Shown here piece by piece: positions 56,218 to 64,000 of a stretch of DNA of 64,000 nucleotides. The stretch spans positions 64,001-128,000 of the forward strand of contig JBBRLQ010000016.1 in assembly GCA_038231275.1 (NCBI GenBank). Reading direction: 5' to 3'. Origin of the DNA: Polyangiales bacterium (GTDB taxonomy: Bacteria > Myxococcota_A > Polyangia > Polyangiales > Polyangiaceae). The position numbers were made by a program, and so were the translations under genes. The notes beneath the pieces are model-generated. The model searched no databases and was not told where the DNA came from. It worked only from the letters and a program-made list of their open reading frames with translations. Each line of letters starts with the position of its first letter. Positions within the stretch are counted from its first letter, which is position 1.

Positions 56218-57990
56218 GTGGGCCGGTCGCTTTTCCTCCGCTGCGCGGTCGCGCTCTCTCCTCTTGTAGCGATCGCGGGAATCGGAGACGTCATCGGGGC
56301 GTCCGGCGGGTGCCATGAGAGGAAGGAGCCTCCCGGCGCTACGTCCCTCGATCCGGGGGCGGGCGGCGACGGCGCGGAGATGGACGCGGGGACGAGCCGA
56401 TCGCCAGAGCCTGCCGACGCGCACGACGAGGTGGTCGCTGCCGCGCGTGCGGCGCTCGATGCCGGCACGTGGGAGGGTGGCCTCATCGGCGCGGCGAGCA
56501 TGCACACGACCGTCGTCGATCGCATGTCGTGGCCCGACTTCACCGACGGCGGCGCGCCGATCAACGACGGCGGCGCCACGCGGCTCGGCTACCTGCGCTA
56601 CGGCGCAAAGGTCGCGGCTCTCCCCGAGCCCTTCGCGAACGAGGACTGCCGCGAGGGATGGTACGAGCTCGTCGAGGGCGGCTACGTCTGCGGGAAGTAC
56701 GCGACCTTCGATCTCAAAGATCCGCGCGTGCGCCTCGCGCCCGGACCGCCGAGCCTCGACGCGCCGATGCCGTACAAATACGGCTACGCGACGGGGCATG
56801 GCACGCCGGTCTACCGCCGCGTCCTCTCGCTCGAGGATCGCAAGAAGTACGAGCCGTGGCTCGTGCCGCCGACGCCCGCCGCGGAGAAATCGGACGACGC
56901 GCCCGAGGGAGACACGACGGCGGCGAGCGATGGACAGCCGAGCGCGCCCGCCGCTCCGACTCCTTCTCCCTCGACCGCTCCGACGTCGGGTGTCGATGCG
57001 TCGGTGCCCTGGTTCATGCGCGACGCCGGCGGACAGCGCCCGTCGGTCACGCTCGACGATCTCCACGGCCGCGGCGTGCTCGTGCGCCGGATGATGCGCG
57101 GGTTTTATCTCGCGCTCGATCGTGACTTCAAGGCTGCGCACGCGCGGTGGTGGAGAACGACGGCGGGCTTCGCGGTGCCGTTCGAGCGCGTGGGCCTCCA
57201 GCCGCCCCCGTCCGAGTTTCACGGATCGTGGATCCGCTACGACGAAGCCGCGCGCGACGCGGAGGCAGGCCCGCCGAAGGACCCGAACGGCACGGGCGTG
57301 CTCCTCACGTCGGGATACGCGGCGCGCTACGTCCTCGACGCGGACCGGAAGAAGATACTTTCCGCCACTCCCCTCCCCAAGAACACCGCCGTGGCGCTCG
57401 TCGGCGAAGCGATCTCGGTGAGCGGGCAGACCTACCACGAGACGACCTACGGCTACTTCGTCCGGCCGAGCGACGGGATGATCGCGACCGCGCCTTCGGA
57501 GCTACCACCCGACGCCGGCCCGCCCGTCGGCGAGTACGAGAAATGGGTCGACGTCGATACGACGCGTCAGCTCCTGGTCGCGTACGAAGGACGGAGGCCA
57601 GTGTTCATGACGCTCATCTCCAGCGGCAAGCGCAACGCGAATGATCCGGAGAAGGATCACCCGACACCCCCTGGTTTCTACCGGATCCGCGAGAAGCACA
57701 TCACGGCAACGATGGACGGCGACGTCGCGGCGGATGGCCCGTACTCGATCGAGGACGTGCCGTGGGTGATGTACTTCCAGGGGAGCTACGCGCTTCACGC
57801 CGCGTTCTGGCACTCGTCGTTCGGCCACACGCGGAGCCACGGCTGCGTCAACATGGCGCCGCTCGACGCGCGCGCTCTCTTCTTCTGGACCGAGCCACGG
57901 CTCCCCACCGGATGGCACGGCGTCTACGCAACCGACGCGAACCTCGGCACGCGCGTCGTGGTCCACGAGGACGCCCCGAAGAAGAAGTAG
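56218..57990 (+). CDS. L,D-transpeptidase (YkuD family); start codon uncertain
   Basis: WVDVD..RQLLVAYEG, HPTPPG, ALHAAFWH, SHGCVNM. Confidence 0.9.
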   Translation: MGRSLFLRCAVALSPLVAIAGIGDVIGASGGCHERKEPPGATSLDPGAGGDGAEMDAGTSRSPEPADAHDEVVAAARAALDAGTWEGGLIGAASMHTTVVDRMSWPDFTDGGAPINDGGATRLGYLRYGAKVAALPEPFANEDCREGWYELVEGGYVCGKYATFDLKDPRVRLAPGPPSLDAPMPYKYGYATGHGTPVYRRVLSLEDRKKYEPWLVPPTPAAEKSDDAPEGDTTAASDGQPSAPAAPTPSPSTAPTSGVDASVPWFMRDAGGQRPSVTLDDLHGRGVLVRRMMRGFYLALDRDFKAAHARWWRTTAGFAVPFERVGLQPPPSEFHGSWIRYDEAARDAEAGPPKDPNGTGVLLTSGYAARYVLDADRKKILSATPLPKNTAVALVGEAISVSGQTYHETTYGYFVRPSDGMIATAPSELPPDAGPPVGEYEKWVDVDTTRQLLVAYEGRRPVFMTLISSGKRNANDPEKDHPTPPGFYRIREKHITATMDGDVAADGPYSIEDVPWVMYFQGSYALHAAFWHSSFGHTRSHGCVNMAPLDARALFFWTEPRLPTGWHGVYATDANLGTRVVVHEDAPKKK

Positions 57991-58148
57991 TCGCACGCTC
58001 GGCACGCGAGAGACGTCGCCGAGACGGTTCCAGTGGGGGAGAAACTGTCCAGCCATCCGTACGAACGGGCACATCGGACGGCGGTCGGTGCGCGTCGCGG
58101 CGTTTCGCGGACGCGTGGCCGCCCATTCTCACTCGGGTGGAGTTGCTC

Positions 58149-59432
58149 GTGAACATTCTCGGTTGGTTTCTGGCCGTGTGCGGCCTCGTCGGTGTGATCG
58201 CCGGCCTGTTCCAGATGCTCAAGATGAAGAAGATGGGCAACGTGCCCTTCCGTCGCCCGTCCGAGATCGCCCAAATGGGGCCCGCCGCCGGCGACCCGAA
58301 GGGCATGGTCTCCACCGAGGGCCACGTGCAGCCCGGACCGCAGCCGCTGGTCGCGCCGATGAGCGGCGAGGCGTGCCTCGCGTACGAGCTCACCGTCGAG
58401 CGAAAGTGGGAGAAGCATGTCCGCACCGAGAAGGGCATGCAGAAGAAGACGGGCACCGACAAGATCTTCAGCGAGACCAAGGGCACGCTGTTCCAGGTCA
58501 CCGACGGCACCGCGCACGTCTTCGTCGACACCACCGGCACGATCGACGCGCACATGGACAAGAGCCACACGAGCTCGATGAACGTCTCGCTCATGGTCCC
58601 CGGGACGTTGACGTTCGGGCACCTCCAGATGAACACGCCGCACATCCTGAGCCATGACTCCCAGACGACGGGCTTCGTCGGCACCGAGAAGATCGTCCGC
58701 CCGTCGGCGAACCTCTACGCGCTCGGCGAGATTCAGCAGGGGCAGTACGGCCCGACCGTCTCGACGCCCAAGGGCATCGGCACCGGCAAGCTGATCATCT
58801 CGCACATGGGCCGCGGTCACTTGATGGGGAAGACCAAGCGCAACATGATCCTCGGCTACGCGCTCGGCGGTGTGCTCTTCGTCGGCGGCGGCGCGCTCGG
58901 CGTCCTCGGCCCGAAGCCCGATGCGGTCGTGAGCTGCACCACGATGAGCGTGAAGGACGCGATCAGCTGCGACGACCGCATCTACGCGGCGAGCGGCAAG
59001 GACCTCACCTGGACGGTCACCACGCCGTCGACGTACCGCGTGACCGTGCGTCAGCCGAAGGTCGCAAACCCCATCGACAGCACGCTCAAGATCTCCGACG
59101 CGACGGGCAAGCAGCTCGCGTACAACGACGGCGGCTCGCCCGGCGCCGACGCCAAGGTGGAGCAGTTCTTCGCCGCGGGCACGTACACCGTCAACGTGTC
59201 GGACTTCTCGAAGGACGTCGTCGAGGGAGGCTACGGCTTCGCCCTCGCGATCGAGAAGCTCGCCACGCCCGCGCCGGCCACGCCCAGCAGCGCGGATCTC
59301 ACGAGCGCGCAGGTGAGCGCGAAGCCTGCGCTCCCCGCCCCGCCCGCGGCAAAGCCAGCCGGCAAGCCTGCCGCTGGCAAGCCCGCGCCCGTCCCCGCTC
59401 CGAAGCCGGCCACGAGCGCCGCCAAGAAGTAA
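58149..59432 (+). CDS. Membrane protein with GIDE-like N-terminal domain and PPC-like beta-sandwich
   Basis: TM, EG...PLVAPMSGEACLAY, FQVTDGTAHVFVD, EKIV, second TM; then IDSTLKI...AYNDGG...GTYTVNV and a Pro/Ala/Lys tail. Confidence 0.65.
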   Translation: MNILGWFLAVCGLVGVIAGLFQMLKMKKMGNVPFRRPSEIAQMGPAAGDPKGMVSTEGHVQPGPQPLVAPMSGEACLAYELTVERKWEKHVRTEKGMQKKTGTDKIFSETKGTLFQVTDGTAHVFVDTTGTIDAHMDKSHTSSMNVSLMVPGTLTFGHLQMNTPHILSHDSQTTGFVGTEKIVRPSANLYALGEIQQGQYGPTVSTPKGIGTGKLIISHMGRGHLMGKTKRNMILGYALGGVLFVGGGALGVLGPKPDAVVSCTTMSVKDAISCDDRIYAASGKDLTWTVTTPSTYRVTVRQPKVANPIDSTLKISDATGKQLAYNDGGSPGADAKVEQFFAAGTYTVNVSDFSKDVVEGGYGFALAIEKLATPAPATPSSADLTSAQVSAKPALPAPPAAKPAGKPAAGKPAPVPAPKPATSAAKK

Positions 59433-59454
59433 CGACGCGCACACGTAGTACTGC

Positions 59455-59499
59455 CGCGAGCTCCGCCGGTTCTTGGACCCGCGGGGCTCGCGCCTTTTT
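59455..59499 (+). terminator. Intrinsic terminator
   Basis: CGCGAGCTCCGC...GCGGGGCTCGCG stem followed by CCTTTTT, just after the stop at 59432. Confidence 0.7.
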
Positions 59500-59505
59500 G
59501 TGGAC

Positions 59506-61263
<1,758 letters not shown>

Positions 61264-61273
61264 GGGCACGCCG

Positions 61274-62215
61274 TCAAAGAATGCAGCCGATGCGGGCGTA
61301 GTCGATCGCGATCTCGTCGAGCCACATCTCGAAGGGCTCCGTCGTGGGTTGGTACTCGGCCCAGCCGAGCCACACGTTCGTGAATTGCGGCAGATTGAAG
61401 GGGTTCGCGTTGCCGCCGTGCTGCGCGGGCGTCGTGTGGAGCGTCGGGTGCTCGGCGGCATCCCACCAGAAGCGCGTCTCGTTCGTGTCGCCCTTGTGCA
61501 TCCACTCGATGCAGAGCCACTTCTGCGTCGGGACCGCGTTGGGCGGCTTGGGATCGCCGTCGGTCGTCGTCCAGTCGCCAGTGCCGGCGTCGTCGACGCG
61601 GTTGTCGGTGCCGACGCCGAAGTGGTTCGCGCCGTTCTGGAGCTGTCCGCTCAGGCGGATCTCGCCGCTCACGCCGGTGCCCGACGCAGCGATGAACGTC
61701 CAGTGCGCGTAGGTGAGCGGCGCGGCGGGGAGCTTGTCGAAGTAGACGAACGCGCGGCCGTAGTAGGTGTTGGCGGGCGCGGGGAAGGTCTTCTTCTCCT
61801 TGATGTAGGAGACGCCGTTGCCCGCGCGCGTGACGTGGAGCGCTTTGGTGCCGCGCATCTTCTGGACGCCGTCGATCAGGGGGGCGGTACCGGTCACCGT
61901 CCATGTCGCGGTGTCGAGGGTGCCGGACTCGAAGTCTTCGCAGAGGGCGACGTTGGCGGCGGCGCAGCGCGTCGGGCCGCCGAACTTGCTGGGATCGGGG
62001 GAGAGATCGCGACCGGAGTCGGCGCCGGCGTCGGAGGCGGGTCCGGAGTCGGCGGCGGACCCGGAGTCGGAGTCGGCGTCGGGCTCGGCCCCGGAGTCGG
62101 CGGCGGGGACGGAGGCGTCTTGGCCAGTCGGCGTGAACGGAGCGACGGCGCTGGACGACGAGCACGCGGCGGCGACGAGGGCGACGAGGGCAAGGAACGC
62201 GACGCGGCGGCGCAT
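61274..62215 (-). CDS. Lipoprotein with Cip1-like/polysaccharide-lyase-like beta-sandwich
   Basis: Lipobox AAAC; DS-rich linker; [37 protein letters not shown]. Confidence 0.7.
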   Translation of the reverse strand: MRRRVAFLALVALVAAACSSSSAVAPFTPTGQDASVPAADSGAEPDADSDSGSAADSGPASDAGADSGRDLSPDPSKFGGPTRCAAANVALCEDFESGTLDTATWTVTGTAPLIDGVQKMRGTKALHVTRAGNGVSYIKEKKTFPAPANTYYGRAFVYFDKLPAAPLTYAHWTFIAASGTGVSGEIRLSGQLQNGANHFGVGTDNRVDDAGTGDWTTTDGDPKPPNAVPTQKWLCIEWMHKGDTNETRFWWDAAEHPTLHTTPAQHGGNANPFNLPQFTNVWLGWAEYQPTTEPFEMWLDEIAIDYARIGCIL

Positions 62216-62239
62216 GGACGATGAGCGTAGCAGAGGGAG

Positions 62240-63313
62240 CTAGTCCGCCACGAACCCCTTCCACATGCGCATGTACCCCGCGAAGCGCTCGGAGAGGCCG
62301 CGCTCTTGGAGCTCGGCGATCGTGAGCGGCGGCTCTCTCGGGTGCCACGACGCGTCCGCGACGCGGAGGGGCCAGTCGGGGTTGGCGATGGCTGCGCGGC
62401 CGAGGGCGACCACGTCGGCGCCGAGCGCGAGGAGCGACTCGGCCTCCGCGCGCGTCCAGATTTTTCCGGCGACGACGAGCGTCAGCTCGTCGGGCACGAC
62501 GGCGCGGAAGAGCGTGAGCGGGTGCGCGTCGGGCCGTTTTTTCGTGCGGTTCGCGGCGGTCCAGAGGGACAGGTGCAAGAAATCGATCCCGTCGTCGACG
62601 AGCCACCGCGCGACCTGCAGGGTCTCGTCGAGATCGAGGCCCTTCGCGTTGCCCCAGTCCTCGGGAGAGATTCGGACGCCCACCGCGAACGACGCCGGCA
62701 CCTTCGCCCGCACCGCGCGCGTGACCTCGCGAAGGAGACGTGCCCGGTTCTCGAGCGACCCACCCCACCCGTCGGTGCGGCGGTTCTCGGTCGCCGACAG
62801 GAACTGCGTCAAGAGGTAGCCGTGGGCGCCGTGAATCTCGACACCGGCCATCCCTGCCTCGTGCGCGCGCCTCGCCGCGTCGCCGAACGCCGCGATCACG
62901 CGCGTGAGATCGTCGTCGGTCGCCGCGCGTGGGCCGCCCTCGGTCTCGCTCGCGCTCCATGGCCGCTCGCCGGTCAGCTTCGCGTCGGCGCGCAGCCCGC
63001 CGTGAAAAATCTGGACCATCGGCACCGCGCCGCGCGCCTTCATCGACGCCGCGACGCGCGCGAGGCCCGGCACGTGCGCGTCGCTCCACACGCCCAGCTC
63101 CCCCTTCCACCCCTGCCCGTCCTGCGTGACGTGCGCGGCGCAGGTGGGCACGATGCCGAAGCCGCCGTCGGCGCGCATCTCGAGCCAGCGGAGCTCGTCC
63201 TCGCCCAGCGTGCCGTCGTCGTGGCTCTGCGAGTTGGTCATCGGCGCGAGCGCGACGCGATTTTTGGCGGTGATGCCGTTTCGGAAGCGGATTGGCGAGA
63301 GAAGTTCTTTCAC
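62240..63313 (-). CDS. NADH:flavin oxidoreductase (old yellow enzyme family)
   Basis: NRVALAPMT, QIFHGG, EIHGAHGYLLTQFLS, NRRTDGWGGSLENRAR; GTG start 7 nt after TAGTCT. Confidence 0.93.
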   Translation of the reverse strand: MKELLSPIRFRNGITAKNRVALAPMTNSQSHDDGTLGEDELRWLEMRADGGFGIVPTCAAHVTQDGQGWKGELGVWSDAHVPGLARVAASMKARGAVPMVQIFHGGLRADAKLTGERPWSASETEGGPRAATDDDLTRVIAAFGDAARRAHEAGMAGVEIHGAHGYLLTQFLSATENRRTDGWGGSLENRARLLREVTRAVRAKVPASFAVGVRISPEDWGNAKGLDLDETLQVARWLVDDGIDFLHLSLWTAANRTKKRPDAHPLTLFRAVVPDELTLVVAGKIWTRAEAESLLALGADVVALGRAAIANPDWPLRVADASWHPREPPLTIAELQERGLSERFAGYMRMWKGFVAD

Positions 63314-63356
63314 GGGTGGCAGACTAGTCGCAAAACGGATGCCCATCCTCGCCTCG

Positions 63357-64000
63357 ATGATCGAAAAGCGCGCCGTGAGCGCGGACGGAACGGAGCTCGC
63401 GTACCACGTCGTCGGAAAGGGGCCGCGCGCGTGGCTGATGCCGCCGGCGATGGGCGCGCCGCTCCTCAGCATGAAGTACGTCCTCGAGCGGTTTCAGGAC
63501 GATTTCACGATCGTATCGTGGGATCAGCGCGGATTTTACGGCTCGGCGACCCCCAAAGACGAAGGCGCGATGCGCGTGGACGATCACCTCGACGACATGG
63601 AGGCGGTGATCGCCGCAGAGAAGCTCGAGCGATTCGTCCTCGGCGGGTGGAGCATGGCGGTCCAGCTGTCGCTCGAGTACGTGCATCGACACCCCGAGCG
63701 TGTTCGCGCGCTCGTGCTCATCAACGGCCCCTACGAGCACGCGCTCAAGAACCTCACGTCCCTCCCCGGCGCCGAGGCGCTCGCCTTGGGCACGCTCAAG
63801 GTCGGCGCGCGGGCGGGTGCGATCTTGAATCCGCTGTCGCGCGCGATTCTTGGCGCGCCGGGCGCCGCGCGTCTGCTCCATCGGGCGGGCGTCCTCGCGG
63901 AGAACCCCGAATTCTTCGAGGAGGTGCTCGCGCAGTTCTCCAAGGTGGACTGGGGCCGCTACTTCACGATGACGCGCCACCTCCATGAGCACTCTGCCGC
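63357..64000 (+). CDS. Alpha/beta hydrolase, runs off the right edge (partial)
   Basis: Manual translation: SADGTELAYHVVG, SWDQRGFYGS, GGWSMA nucleophile elbow, HPERVRALVLING. Confidence 0.88.
   Translation, partial: MIEKRAVSADGTELAYHVVGKGPRAWLMPPAMGAPLLSMKYVLERFQDDFTIVSWDQRGFYGSATPKDEGAMRVDDHLDDMEAVIAAEKLERFVLGGWSMAVQLSLEYVHRHPERVRALVLINGPYEHALKNLTSLPGAEALALGTLKVGARAGAILNPLSRAILGAPGAARLLHRAGVLAENPEFFEEVLAQFSKVDWGRYFTMTRHLHEHSA

Overview
Very GC-rich bacterial DNA whose gene content and style (DAG/DS-rich lipoproteins, RCC1 and beta-propeller lipoproteins, Ser/Thr kinase-like gene, sigma54-type promoters) point to a myxobacterium, probably Polyangiaceae-like (inference). About 50 genes can be supported: housekeeping genes (ffh, purM, purN, mgtE, pfkA), many secreted or lipoprotein genes, and one co-directional block of about 13.6 kb (21519-35163). 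That block encodes CheX, a membrane CheA-like HPt kinase without a CheW domain, an atypical alanine-racemase-family enzyme, a stand-alone NRPS-like A-PCP-reductase, an APC amino-acid permease, a probable outer-membrane barrel, a TonB-dependent receptor, YfiR and CheY. By manual alignment, both the racemase and the A domain carry substitutions that point to a basic amino acid (Lys/Orn/Arg). This is the best candidate for an undescribed make-and-sense small-molecule system. Next to it is a lipoprotein strongly resembling animal c-type (GH22) lysozyme. Other observations: four sigma54 motifs and many TANNNT boxes sitting directly before start codons (leaderless mRNAs), a frameshifted gene, a Uma2-like relic, a DUF6817-JmjC fusion, and two Thr-nucleophile sulfatase-like proteins. 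No rRNA, tRNA, CRISPR array or intact mobile element was seen. All family calls come from motif recognition by eye; no database search was run.
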